In this document: in pieces, positions 29,308 to 39,044 of the stretch
How the letters are laid out: the number at the start of each line of letters is the position of its first letter
Numbering within the stretch: position 1 is the stretch's first letter
Assembly: GCA_964616225.1 (NCBI GenBank)
Contig: CAZTTE010000011.1
Span: forward strand, 66,164-130,163
DNA length: 64,000 nt
DNA from: an uncultured Pseudohongiella sp.
GTDB taxonomy: Bacteria > Pseudomonadota > Gammaproteobacteria > Pseudomonadales > Pseudohongiellaceae
Direction: 5' to 3'
The notes under the pieces: model-generated
Database searches by the model: none
What the model saw: the letters and a program-made list of their open reading frames with translations, nothing else
What the model was told of the DNA's origin: nothing
Program-made: the position numbers and the translations under genes

Positions 29308-31806
29308 ATGAAAGCTGTTTACAGTAAATTTTGGACTTATTTGTTGATTGCTCTTGCGGGGCTTTTCGCCACCCAGAGCCTTGCACAAGTACCAATTATC
29401 CAGCCTGGTGCGCCAGGACAGCCCGGCCGCATAATCACTGCCGAAGAAGCTGCTGACCTCGCAGCTATCCAGTACTCGGCAGGAGATGTGATGTTTCTGC
29501 AGGGCATGATTTCACACCATGCCCAGGCCATGGAGATGTCCGCGCTGGTTGAATCGCGCTCCAATAGAGACGCGATGGAATTACTGGCAGACAGAATATC
29601 ACTCTCCCAGGAAGACGAGATCTCAATGATGCAGGACTGGTTGCGTGATCGCGATCTGGAAGTTCCAGGAATGGATGCCCATCATGCTAATGATTACGAT
29701 TTAATGCCGGGGATGCTGACCGATGAAGACTTTGCCCAACTGGAAGCGGCGCAAGGGGATGAATTCGATCGCCTGTTTCTTGAATTCATGATCGAGCACC
29801 ATGAGGGTGCCCTGGAAATGGTTGAGAATCTGCTGGACCAGCGAGGTGCAGCGCAAGACCCGGTTCTTTATGCGTTTACTTCTGATGTCACTTCAGACCA
29901 GAGCGCCGAAATCGATCGCATGGATTTAATGTTGGCTGGATTTTCTCCTGATCCTCGCGTAAATCTGGAGCCTGGATTCCGTGATGCCGGAGAAGCAGCG
30001 CTCAATCTTCAATTAGTTGCTTCCTTGCCCAAACCCGATGGTTTTTTTGATCCTGACAATCCCTCAGGTCTGCCCAATCGACCAGAGCCGGAAGAAACAT
30101 TAGAGCCTGATGACGAAGAAGCTTCGGACGAGGAAGAAGTCACCAATGCAGACGCGACCAGCGCCCTGGCAGAAACGCCTGCAGATGAAGACGAGGAAGA
30201 AGATGAGAATGCCGATCCCCGACCTTCGCTTTTAAGTTTTTCCAATACCGATCTTTTGTTCAGTGGTAACTACCTCGTAGCTGGCAACTATCACGGCTTT
30301 AATACCTACGACATCAGTAACCCGGCAATGCCGCAGCATATTAGTTCTGTTGTATGTCCCGGTGGTCAGGGTGATGTTTCCCTGGTCGGTAATCTTCTGA
30401 TTATGTCGGTTCAGGAAACTCGCGGAAGACTCGACTGTGGTTTAGAAGGGGTGCCGGAACCAAACAGCCAGGAACGTGTTCGCGGCATTCGAATTTTTGA
30501 CGTAAGTGATTTCACTATACCGATTCAGGTAGGCGCGGTACAAACCTGTCGCGGATCGCACACTCACACGGTAGTAAGCCAACCGGATGCGAACAATATG
30601 GCTTACGTTTATGTTTCAGGTACCTCGGGAGTACGTGATGACGAAGAGTTGGCAGGTTGTTCCGATGATTCGCCATTTGAAAATCCTGAATCCGCGCTAT
30701 TCAGAATTGAGGTAATCGAGATTCCAATGGATCGCCCCCAGGATGCTCGCATCGTTAATCGACCATTTATCTTCTCTGATCCAGACACGGGTGTGCTTGC
30801 GGGTCTATGGGAAGGTGGTGATCATGGTCCTGAGACTCAGCGTACCAGAGAAACCAATCAGTGCCACGACATCACGACTTTTCCTGAAATTGGGTTAGCG
30901 GCTGGCGCCTGCTCTGGTAACGGAATTCTTCTGGATATTTCCGATCCGGCGAATCCGCAAAGAATCGATCAGGTAGTCGATCCCGGTTTCGCTTACTGGC
31001 ATTCGGCAACATTTAATAATGACGGCACGAAAGTAATCTTCACCGATGAATGGGGTGGCGGCGGTCGACCTCGATGTCGTGCTTCCGACCCCGTTACCTG
31101 GGGAGCCGATGCTTTCTATGATATCGTCGATGGCCAGTTGGAATTCCGTTCCCACTACAAACTGTCAGCACCTCAGACTGATACGGAGAATTGCGTAGCC
31201 CATAATGGCTCGCTTATTCCTGTACCTGGTCGCGATATATTCGTACAGGCCTGGTATCAGGGTGGTGTATCAGTAATTGATTTCACCGACTCTGCCAATC
31301 CCGTTGAGATCGCCTACTTCGATCGCGGGCCCCTGGATGAAGAGGAGTTGATCACCGCAGGTTATTGGTCAACCTACTGGTATGGTGGTCATATCTACGG
31401 TACTGAAATTGCGCGCGGCCTGGATGTGTTCGCCTTAGAGCCCAGCGATTACATTACGGCGAATGAAATCGCAGCAGCATCTCTGAAAGATGCGGATCTC
31501 ACTGTAAACGCACAAACTCAGGAGCGGGTAAGCTGGCCAGATGTGCCTGTTGTTGCAAGAGCCTATATGGATCAGCTGCAGCGCAGCAACGTTATCGATA
31601 ATGGGCTTGTGCTTCAATTGAATGCGGCATTGAATCAGGCTGATGGCTTACTCGAGAGTAACTCCAGCAATAGCGGCTTAGCCGACGAATTTGCTGAGTT
31701 AGCTGAAGAAATGGAAAATGTAGGCGTTGATCGAAGTGGACGTAGCCGTGCCAGGTATCTTTCATTAGCTTCAACCCTGGAAGGAATTGCCCAACAGCTG
31801 AGATAG
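29308..31806 (+). CDS. secreted fusion protein: DUF305 four-helix domain, acidic linker, LVIVD-repeat beta-propeller
   Basis: ATG 29308 follows GGAGAAC. Signal peptide ...FATQSLAQ. Two DUF305 motifs, FLQGMISHHAQAMEMS and FLEFMIEHHEGALEMV. D/E-rich linker at about 30090-30215. LVIVD-like blades (GDVSLVGNLLIMS, AYVYVSG, GILLDISDPANP, GVSVIDFTDSANP). Confidence 0.7.
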   Translation: MKAVYSKFWTYLLIALAGLFATQSLAQVPIIQPGAPGQPGRIITAEEAADLAAIQYSAGDVMFLQGMISHHAQAMEMSALVESRSNRDAMELLADRISLSQEDEISMMQDWLRDRDLEVPGMDAHHANDYDLMPGMLTDEDFAQLEAAQGDEFDRLFLEFMIEHHEGALEMVENLLDQRGAAQDPVLYAFTSDVTSDQSAEIDRMDLMLAGFSPDPRVNLEPGFRDAGEAALNLQLVASLPKPDGFFDPDNPSGLPNRPEPEETLEPDDEEASDEEEVTNADATSALAETPADEDEEEDENADPRPSLLSFSNTDLLFSGNYLVAGNYHGFNTYDISNPAMPQHISSVVCPGGQGDVSLVGNLLIMSVQETRGRLDCGLEGVPEPNSQERVRGIRIFDVSDFTIPIQVGAVQTCRGSHTHTVVSQPDANNMAYVYVSGTSGVRDDEELAGCSDDSPFENPESALFRIEVIEIPMDRPQDARIVNRPFIFSDPDTGVLAGLWEGGDHGPETQRTRETNQCHDITTFPEIGLAAGACSGNGILLDISDPANPQRIDQVVDPGFAYWHSATFNNDGTKVIFTDEWGGGGRPRCRASDPVTWGADAFYDIVDGQLEFRSHYKLSAPQTDTENCVAHNGSLIPVPGRDIFVQAWYQGGVSVIDFTDSANPVEIAYFDRGPLDEEELITAGYWSTYWYGGHIYGTEIARGLDVFALEPSDYITANEIAAASLKDADLTVNAQTQERVSWPDVPVVARAYMDQLQRSNVIDNGLVLQLNAALNQADGLLESNSSNSGLADEFAELAEEMENVGVDRSGRSRARYLSLASTLEGIAQQLR

Positions 31807-31824
31807 TCAGCTCACAACAGCTAA

Positions 31825-31854
31825 TAAAAAAGGGTCGCTTGCGACCCTTTTTTG
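31825..31854. terminator. bidirectional rho-independent terminator between convergent genes
   Basis: A-run, stem GGGTCG / CGACCC with loop CTTG, then T-run (AAAAAAGGGTCGCTTGCGACCCTTTTTT). Confidence 0.8.
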
Positions 31855-31869
31855 TGTTTCTGGGCTAGC

Positions 31870-32868
31870 TTAATCGTTTGCTTCGGCTGCCAGTCTTTCC
31901 TCTGCTCGATGCCCGGAAAGAATGTATTCCATGCCGTAATTACCTTCGTGGCAGGCATATTCGTAAATCTTATCGGGAGACTTGTCGAATATAAGCTCTC
32001 GGGTATATGACGCCGCATAGTTGCCGGGATCATTGGAAGTTAATTGATACCGCATGGCGTTTTCCCCGATGCGAGTAAGTCGCTCTATATTTACTTTCTC
32101 AACCGTGCGTGGGCTTGTACTGCTGGCCTCTGAATAATTAGTTGTTTCCACGACAAGGGTGTCGCCTTCCCACCAGCCTCTGGAATCACCGTGCCAAAGC
32201 TTAACACTGTCATCCAGGTGGGGTTTTTCGACGATTGGAACGATGCGTACGTCATGAGCCATTTCCTGAATAATGGCGACGGTTTCTTCTGATTGAACGA
32301 TTTGCCAGTAGCTGTTGTAACCGGAACTTAATCGAGGTGCACCAAAACTCAAGCACCTTTCGCCAAGCGGTCGGTCTTCCCAGGTGTCAGCCGGATGCAG
32401 GCGCCGATGTTCCCTGAGTTCACGGGCTGCAGCAATTGCTTCCTCGGTTCTGGGTGGAAATTTTCCATTGGGCGGGTCGATTATTTGCGACGTCCTCCGG
32501 TGGATAGTGCGAGGAGCCATCCATTGAGAATCATAATTACCGGTGCTTGGATCGTAGGAATTAATCTCACCTTCGAAAATAGCCTGGATCACCCCTTCAC
32601 CAAACAGTGCATCATCTCCAGCGCTCTCGATTGAGTTTAATCCGGCTCGAAGAAAATCTAAGTCTTCGTCCGTTAGAAATTCTTTGTCCCCAAAGACATC
32701 GGGTCTTTCAACTGGGGTAATCGTGTTGTTTTCCCAAACTCCCTGCAGATCAGGATGGCCATCTATTGTCCTGGGAATTTCGTAATCACTATCGATCTGT
32801 GCCTGTAGAGGAGAAATTGCTAACAGTGTGCCTAGGCAAATACCACAAACTCGAATTATTGTTTTCAT
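31870..32868 (-). CDS. secreted protein, unassigned YEYACHEGNY family, subfamily B copy 2
   Basis: Signal peptide. Motifs PDLQGVWENNTITPVERP, FLTDED, ERCLSFG, IVQSEETVAIIQEMAHDVRIV, WHGDSRGWWEGDTLVVETTNY, IYEYACHEGNYGM. Confidence 0.85.
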   Translation of the reverse strand: MKTIIRVCGICLGTLLAISPLQAQIDSDYEIPRTIDGHPDLQGVWENNTITPVERPDVFGDKEFLTDEDLDFLRAGLNSIESAGDDALFGEGVIQAIFEGEINSYDPSTGNYDSQWMAPRTIHRRTSQIIDPPNGKFPPRTEEAIAAARELREHRRLHPADTWEDRPLGERCLSFGAPRLSSGYNSYWQIVQSEETVAIIQEMAHDVRIVPIVEKPHLDDSVKLWHGDSRGWWEGDTLVVETTNYSEASSTSPRTVEKVNIERLTRIGENAMRYQLTSNDPGNYAASYTRELIFDKSPDKIYEYACHEGNYGMEYILSGHRAEERLAAEAND

Positions 32869-33092
32869 GAAGTCTCACCTGTGTGTGAAAAAGCCTGAAT
32901 TTGAATTGTTCGAATGGCTCGAAGTTTATCCTCGCAGTTTATCAAAGTATCGGCATAAAAGTATTGATGCATAGGCCCATCACTTCGTCTGGTTTCCATT
33001 TATTTTTGCTTCTGGGCATTGTGTAATACACTGTTCATCCGAAAGCGACTATTCATAACTAATTATTTAATAAAAACAAAGGCTTACTTACT

Positions 33093-34124
33093 ATGAAAGC
33101 TATTCTTAAGCAGTCTTTTTCAACTCTCAGCGCAAGTCTATTTCTAATTCTTGGAAGTTACGTGGTGGCGGCAGAGCCCTGGCCCGCCGAACCACCTTCT
33201 GAACCCCCGGCAGATTGGGGTCCGGTTTCAGCGAATTTTGAGGAAATCGACTATCCCTATCCGGTGCAATTCCTGAAGCTGCGGCGGTTCGAGCAGGAAA
33301 TGAATATGGCCTATATGGACATTCCGCCCAGTGGTCCCGCCAATGGTCAAACTGTTTTCTGGCAACATGGTATGAATTTTTACTCCGAAGCCTATACCCC
33401 CACCCTCAAGGCATTGGCTGCGGAAGGTTTTCGGGTGATCGCAGTTGATCGAGTTGGTTATGGCAAATCTTCCAAGCCGATTATTCCTTACAACTTCAAT
33501 TTTGTAGCAGCAAACATGAAACTGCTGCTGGATGAACTAGGTATCGATGAAGTAGCCCTGGTGGGTCACTCCATGGGAGGAATGGTTGTAAGCAGGTTCG
33601 CGATGCTCTATCCAGATATTACTTCCCATGTGGTCATGGTAAATCAGATCGGTCTGACTGATCAGAGACAGAGCCGAACCTGGAACGATCCTTTTGCTTC
33701 TGAGTTGTCGGCACCAACTTATCGCGGAATTTTGCGAGGTCACCAAATCTATTTTCCGCAGGATTGGCCACCAGCGCATTTGGAATTTGTCCGCCGCCAG
33801 TATGGCCAGACTCTTAGCAGTGAATGGCCTCGCCTGACAATGGTGAGACGATTGCAGGGTGGAATGCTTTACAACGATCCCGTCGTTTACGATTGGCAAC
33901 ATATCGATTCCAAGGCATTAGTAATCGGCGGTGAAGAAGACGGTCTGGTGGCAGATTTTCCTGCTCTCGCCCATAACGTTGCGAATGAATTGCAAAATTC
34001 CGCCATCTTGTTGTATCCGGGAATCGGCCATGCACCGCAAATTGAAATTCCAGATCAATTTCACGCTGACCTGTTTCGCTTCCTGACTTCAGATCCTCAT
34101 GAACCGGCGAGCGAGTGGGAATAG
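33093..34124 (+). CDS. secreted alpha/beta-fold hydrolase
   Basis: Signal peptide. Nucleophile elbow GHSMGG. C-terminal GIGHAPQIE. Confidence 0.8.
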   Translation: MKAILKQSFSTLSASLFLILGSYVVAAEPWPAEPPSEPPADWGPVSANFEEIDYPYPVQFLKLRRFEQEMNMAYMDIPPSGPANGQTVFWQHGMNFYSEAYTPTLKALAAEGFRVIAVDRVGYGKSSKPIIPYNFNFVAANMKLLLDELGIDEVALVGHSMGGMVVSRFAMLYPDITSHVVMVNQIGLTDQRQSRTWNDPFASELSAPTYRGILRGHQIYFPQDWPPAHLEFVRRQYGQTLSSEWPRLTMVRRLQGGMLYNDPVVYDWQHIDSKALVIGGEEDGLVADFPALAHNVANELQNSAILLYPGIGHAPQIEIPDQFHADLFRFLTSDPHEPASEWE

Positions 34125-34157
34125 TTAGCTAAAACAAGAATACCTCTACAGGGGAAG

Positions 34158-36305
34158 ATGCAAATGAATCTTAAGCACTGTCTATCTTTGATTAAATATG
34201 GATTGAGTGGTCTGATCGTTGTTTACTGCAGCTCACTACAGGCCCAGGTAACCCTTGGAACAGAAAATGGAGAGTGGCGTTATATCGGCGGCACAATTGG
34301 TCATGCTAAATATTCTCCCCTGAACCAGATTAATCGGGATAACTTCAATGAGCTCGAGCAGGCGTGGATCTGGCGTACCGATAATTTCGGACCCAATCCT
34401 GATTATTTTTCTCGCTCAACTCCTATTTATGTAGATGGGATTCTTTATACAGTCGCAACCCCAAGGCGCCAGGTAGTTGCAATTGATCCTGCAACAGGAG
34501 AAACCCTGTGGACCTTTAGAGAGCCGGAAACGATTCGTCATCAACGATCACCCCGCCAGGCTTATGGTAAAGGAGTTACCTATGGGGAAATTGATGGAAG
34601 AGGAGTTATTTATATAACCACTCCTGGATTTTTTCTCTGGGCATTAGATGCCAAGACCGGCAGACCTTTGGAGAACTGGGGCGGCGCCTTCCCGGTTGGG
34701 GGTTATCCCGAGACCGGTGTAATCGATCTGATTCCTTATCTCGTTGATGACTGGGGACCCTGGCAAGACTATGTTGTTGGCGGTGGTGAGTACGATGCGG
34801 ATTACGGAATTCCGCGTGAACTTGGAATGGTAACTGCTTCGGCACCTCCGATTGTGGTTAACGGAGTATTGGTCGTATTAGTGGGTCACCAACCCAGTTA
34901 TGGTCAGACTCGAATCGAGAACGTGCCGGGAGACATCATGGGTTTCGATATGGAAACCGGTGAACGGCTGTGGAAATTCCATGTAATTCCCCGACCAGGT
35001 GAAGTTGGTCACGAAACCTGGCACAACGATGCCTGGCGTTTTTCCGGCGATATGTCTACCTGGGCGCCTGCCTCTGCAGATCCTGAGCTGGGACTGGTTT
35101 ATCTGGTAACTAATGCTTCCACAGTCCAATCTTATGCAGGACATCGTCCTGGAGACAACCTGTTCGGTGGTAGCCTGCTCGCACTGGATGTACAGACCGG
35201 TGAACGACGCTGGCATTTCCAAATTCATCGCAGCGACCAATGGAATTATGATTTGCCCACGCCGCCCATACTGATGGATTTAACGGTGGATGGTCAGCAG
35301 ATTCCAGCGGCTGTGCAAAACACCAAGCAAGGCCTGGTGTTTGCATTTAACCGGGAAACCGGAGAGCCAATCTGGCCAATCGAAGATCGTGCTGTAATAC
35401 AGACTGAAGTTCCTGAAAACTATACGTCTGCTACCCAGCCCTTTCCAACATGGCCGGAACCGGTGGACCCGATCATTACCGATGGTATTACCGAAGACTT
35501 TTTAATCGACTTCACGCCGGCATTACGTGAACAGGCCTCCACCATATTAAACGGCTTCCGAGTGGGTGGTCTTTATGTTCCGGCGTTGCCAAATACCTAC
35601 GAAGGCGAATTCATAAACAATGTTGGTTGCCTGGGTGGTGGAAATATTATTTCCCATCCGCCGACGGCGGATCCAACTATGGGGCTGATGTTTAATTCCC
35701 ATCGCCGTAATTGTTTCGCGCCAGGATTTATGCGACCTACCAATGGTGTCGATAGGGATAATCCAAATTATCCAGAGCCGGGTGAAGGTGGTGCAACCCC
35801 AAACAGTACGCCAACCACGGGTACCACTGTGGTCGGCTGGTTGCCCGGCGGGGGTGGGGGGCTACCCACAATCGATGGATTGCCAATTTATAAGCGCATG
35901 AATAATCAGCTTACCGCCTACCAGATGAATTCAGGCGATAAGGTCTGGTCATTACCGGTAGGACAAACACCAGCAGAATATGAGAATCATCCCTTATTAC
36001 AAAATATCGATGTGCCAAACGTCGGTGGTGCGGGTTGGTCAATTCAAATGGTGGCCGGTGATCTGCTAGTACAAACCCGTGCACTCAGTGAAGGCATGGC
36101 ACAAATAGAGCCAGATGCACCACTTACTCTAAATGCCAGGGATAAGTTAAGCGGAGAAGTAGTGGGTTCAGTGCCGCTTCCTGCACCCGGGCAATATGGC
36201 ATGATGACTTATATGCATCGCGATAAGCAGTATATAGTCGTGCAGATTGGAAGTTCTCGGGTGGATTATCCTGGAGCGATAGTCGCTTACCGCTTGCCAG
36301 ACTAA
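34158..36305 (+). CDS. periplasmic PQQ-dependent dehydrogenase (glucose/quinate-type propeller-like)
   Basis: Signal peptide. GEWRYIGGTIGHAKYSPLNQINRDNFNELEQAWIW followed by propeller repeats. No Cys-Cys pair and no TM anchor. Confidence 0.75.
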   Translation: MQMNLKHCLSLIKYGLSGLIVVYCSSLQAQVTLGTENGEWRYIGGTIGHAKYSPLNQINRDNFNELEQAWIWRTDNFGPNPDYFSRSTPIYVDGILYTVATPRRQVVAIDPATGETLWTFREPETIRHQRSPRQAYGKGVTYGEIDGRGVIYITTPGFFLWALDAKTGRPLENWGGAFPVGGYPETGVIDLIPYLVDDWGPWQDYVVGGGEYDADYGIPRELGMVTASAPPIVVNGVLVVLVGHQPSYGQTRIENVPGDIMGFDMETGERLWKFHVIPRPGEVGHETWHNDAWRFSGDMSTWAPASADPELGLVYLVTNASTVQSYAGHRPGDNLFGGSLLALDVQTGERRWHFQIHRSDQWNYDLPTPPILMDLTVDGQQIPAAVQNTKQGLVFAFNRETGEPIWPIEDRAVIQTEVPENYTSATQPFPTWPEPVDPIITDGITEDFLIDFTPALREQASTILNGFRVGGLYVPALPNTYEGEFINNVGCLGGGNIISHPPTADPTMGLMFNSHRRNCFAPGFMRPTNGVDRDNPNYPEPGEGGATPNSTPTTGTTVVGWLPGGGGGLPTIDGLPIYKRMNNQLTAYQMNSGDKVWSLPVGQTPAEYENHPLLQNIDVPNVGGAGWSIQMVAGDLLVQTRALSEGMAQIEPDAPLTLNARDKLSGEVVGSVPLPAPGQYGMMTYMHRDKQYIVVQIGSSRVDYPGAIVAYRLPD

Positions 36306-36324
36306 GCAGCCGGTTTTAATTGAG

Positions 36325-36352
36325 AAGGGTCCGATAAACTGGGCCCTTTTTT
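36325..36352 (+). terminator. rho-independent terminator
   Basis: Stem GGGTCC / GGGCCC (one G-U pair), 8-nt loop, T6 run. Confidence 0.6.
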
Positions 36353-36429
36353 ATTGCTTACCGACAACTCTGATTGTGAAAATCCCAAACTCTAGTCATT
36401 AATTTGAATAGCCAATAAGCCAGAAAGTT

Positions 36430-37173
36430 GTGACCAAACCATTTTTAATCATTCAATTACGTCCGGAAGATGCGACTGCAGACAATGAGTTTGAGTCTAT
36501 TAAGTACTACGGCGGGCTAAATGACGACGAAGTGGTCAGGATTCGGGCAGAAAAAAATGGATTGCCACCAATAAACCTGGAGGACTATTCGGGAATAATC
36601 GTTGGTGGCAGTCCATTCAATGTAAGTACACCAGTGGATGAAAAATCGGCAATTCAACAAATAATAGAAACAGATTTTAATCGACTGTTTGATGAGCTAG
36701 TAGAGATTGATTTTCCGTTTCTCGGTTGTTGTTCCGGTAATGGTTTGTTGGGTAGTTACTGTGGCTCTTCTATTTCGACCAGGTTCGGCGAACCGGTGGG
36801 CGCTACAAACATAAAGCTAACTGAGGCAGGAAAATCCGATCCCTTGTTGTCAGGATTTCCAGAAGCAATCCGCGTGTTACTGGGCCATAAAGAAGCTTGC
36901 GATGAAACGCCTCCAGGCTGTGAGTTATTAGCCACCAACGATTCATGTCCTGTGCAAATGTTTCGCCTCAAGAACAATATCTATGCCACTCAATTTCACC
37001 CGGAAGGAGATGCGGAAGGCTTTATAGTTCGCATAGAAGTCTATAAAGATTATGGCTATTTTCCGCCGGAATCAGCCCAGGACTTAATTCATGCGGTAGA
37101 AGATGAGCACACCCCGGAGGCGCAATCTATCCTGCAGCGCTTCGTAGATCGATATCGTGAAAAGTATAGTTAA
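36430..37173 (+). CDS. class I glutamine amidotransferase-like protein
   Basis: Nucleophile context LGCCSGNGLL and the QFHPE motif. GTG start. Confidence 0.75.
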   Translation: MTKPFLIIQLRPEDATADNEFESIKYYGGLNDDEVVRIRAEKNGLPPINLEDYSGIIVGGSPFNVSTPVDEKSAIQQIIETDFNRLFDELVEIDFPFLGCCSGNGLLGSYCGSSISTRFGEPVGATNIKLTEAGKSDPLLSGFPEAIRVLLGHKEACDETPPGCELLATNDSCPVQMFRLKNNIYATQFHPEGDAEGFIVRIEVYKDYGYFPPESAQDLIHAVEDEHTPEAQSILQRFVDRYREKYS

Positions 37174-37191
37174 ATCAAATAATAAGCTTGA

Positions 37192-37500
37192 AAACAGAGA
37201 CCTGCCAATGATGAGCATTTTCAAGAGGTTAGTAATTATCCGGTCGGAATCTGGCTGGAATTTCAAACCGAAGGCGATCAGACAGTACGATGTACCCTGG
37301 CCGCTAAGATTGATACGATTGATAAATACGTGTTTGTGAACAAGCTTGGTGTCAAGGTTATTGAAAAATCCAGGATGGGGCTGGCCAGGGAGCTGAAAAC
37401 CGGCACGGTAAAAGTGATAAGCGAGGGACCGTTGGTGGAGCGTGCCATGGAATCAGTAATCGGGCGACTAAGAGGGGCGAGTGCGACACAAGCAGGCTGA
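37192..37500 (+). pseudogene. start-less C-terminal remnant of a larger gene (DUF1631-like C-terminus, tentative)
   Basis: A 103-codon open frame bounded by TGA 37189 and TGA 37498, with no usable start near its 5' end. Reads ...DEHFQEVSNYPVGIWLEFQTEGDQTVRCTLAAKIDTIDKYVFVNKLGVKVIEKSRMGLARELKTGTVKVISEGPLVERAMESVIGRLR. From memory this resembles the conserved C-terminal block of DUF1631 proteins, which are about 700-800 aa. Confidence 0.4.
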
Positions 37501-37543
37501 AGTGCGAATTAACGAATTAATATGTGCAGGTAATAAATACAGG

Positions 37544-38965
37544 ATGTCCCGCAATACAATGAAACTATCCAGTCGATTCCTCTTTTTTTTATTTTTACTG
37601 GCGGCGCCTTTGTATGGCGCGGACACTGGTAATGGACTACGACTCACCGCATTGGATCGCTATGTTAATACACCGGATTCCAACTACCGCTATGAGGTCA
37701 TTAACACCATTGAAGGTGATGGCCACAAGACTTTTGTCCTGGAGATGACCTCCCAGCAATGGTTGACGGAGGCAGATGTTAATCTGCCAATCTGGGAACA
37801 CTTTATGGTGGTAGTCGTTCCCGAGGAAGTTAGCAGTAATATCGGATTTCTCACTATTACCGGAGGCAGCAAATCCAATAGCGCGCCCACGTCGGCGCCT
37901 GACACTGATATCAAACGGGCGCTGGAAAGCGGTACTGTTGTTAGCACACTGTACATGGTACCCAATCAACCACTGGTCTTTGTTGATGACGGCGACCGGC
38001 AACGCACCGAAGATGCCATTATTGCCTATACCTGGGATAAGTATTTTCGCAGCGGCGATGAGAAATGGCCTTTACGCCTGCCAATGACCAAGGCAGCGGT
38101 TCGAGCAATGGACACCATCACCGACCTGATGGCCAGTAATGAGGCAGGGAATGAAGAGGTGTCTCAGTTTGTTGTGGCCGGTGGGTCGAAAAGAGGATGG
38201 ACAACCTGGACTACGGCTATTGTCGATGATCGGGTAGTGGCCATCATGCCAATTGTTATCGATATGCTAAATGTCGGCGAATCTTTTAAACATCATTTTT
38301 CCGTTTACGGTTCTTATTCGCTGGCTGTGATCGATTACGTCACCAGCCGCAATGTTAACTGGAATGGTACTCCGGAATGGGATGCCTTAATGGATATAGT
38401 CGAGCCTTACGAATATCGTGACCGACTCGAGTTACCCAAGTTCCTGTTAAATTCCACCGGTGATGAGTTTTTCCTTCCGGATTCGTCGCAATTCTATTGG
38501 GATGATCTGGTGGGAGAGAAACATGTGCGCTATGTGCCAAATTCGAATCACAGTATGGGTGGAACCGATGTCTTTGACAGTATCGATGCCTGGTATCACG
38601 CAATTGTTCATAACGTAAAGATGCCAAGATATTCCTGGAACCTGGCAGAGGATGGCACTATTACTGTGAACTCACTCGATCAGCCACAGGAGGTGCTGCT
38701 CTGGCAAGCGCACAACCCCGATAGCAGAAATTTCACACAAGCAGTTATTGGCCGGGCCTATGAGAGCACACCGCTAAGTGAGATTGAGCCTGGTGTTTAC
38801 CAGGTCAAACTCGATCCTCCGGACCAGGGTTATACTGCGTACTATGTGGAGATGCATTATTCAAGCGGTGTATCCGTTCCATTTAAATTTTCTACTGGCG
38901 TTCAAATAGTGCCAGATGTCACAGAATATGAATGGGAATTTCTTCCTGATAGTACACGCCAGTAA
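37544..38965 (+). CDS. PhoPQ-activated pathogenicity-related (PqaA-type, PF10142-like) secreted hydrolase-fold protein
   Basis: Signal peptide. VPNQPLVF...EDAIIAYTW...LPMTKAAVRAMD...FVVAGGSKRGWTTWTTAIVDDRVVAIMPIVIDMLN...IVEPYEYRDRLELPKFLLNSTGDEFFLPDSSQFYW...VRYVPNSNHS. ATG 37544 or 37559 is preferred over GTG 37481. Confidence 0.7.
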   Translation: MSRNTMKLSSRFLFFLFLLAAPLYGADTGNGLRLTALDRYVNTPDSNYRYEVINTIEGDGHKTFVLEMTSQQWLTEADVNLPIWEHFMVVVVPEEVSSNIGFLTITGGSKSNSAPTSAPDTDIKRALESGTVVSTLYMVPNQPLVFVDDGDRQRTEDAIIAYTWDKYFRSGDEKWPLRLPMTKAAVRAMDTITDLMASNEAGNEEVSQFVVAGGSKRGWTTWTTAIVDDRVVAIMPIVIDMLNVGESFKHHFSVYGSYSLAVIDYVTSRNVNWNGTPEWDALMDIVEPYEYRDRLELPKFLLNSTGDEFFLPDSSQFYWDDLVGEKHVRYVPNSNHSMGGTDVFDSIDAWYHAIVHNVKMPRYSWNLAEDGTITVNSLDQPQEVLLWQAHNPDSRNFTQAVIGRAYESTPLSEIEPGVYQVKLDPPDQGYTAYYVEMHYSSGVSVPFKFSTGVQIVPDVTEYEWEFLPDSTRQ

Positions 38966-39044
38966 GCACGCTGCCTCCCAAAATAACAATGACCTTTGTC
39001 ACACTATTTGGAAGTGGATTTGGTAATTACCCAATCCCTTCGAT

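Noticed and set aside
30090-30215. A GAA/GAT/GAG-rich repetitive stretch that might look like a tandem repeat or an array.
   Set aside because: It is in frame within 29308..31806 and encodes an acidic low-complexity linker. There is no periodic unit.
37157-37339. A 60-aa ORF, MKSIVKSNNKLENRDLPMMSIFKRL....
   Set aside because: It starts inside the end of the amidotransferase gene and has an odd composition. The alternative frame over the same DNA gives a much more protein-like remnant sequence, reported above as a pseudogene.
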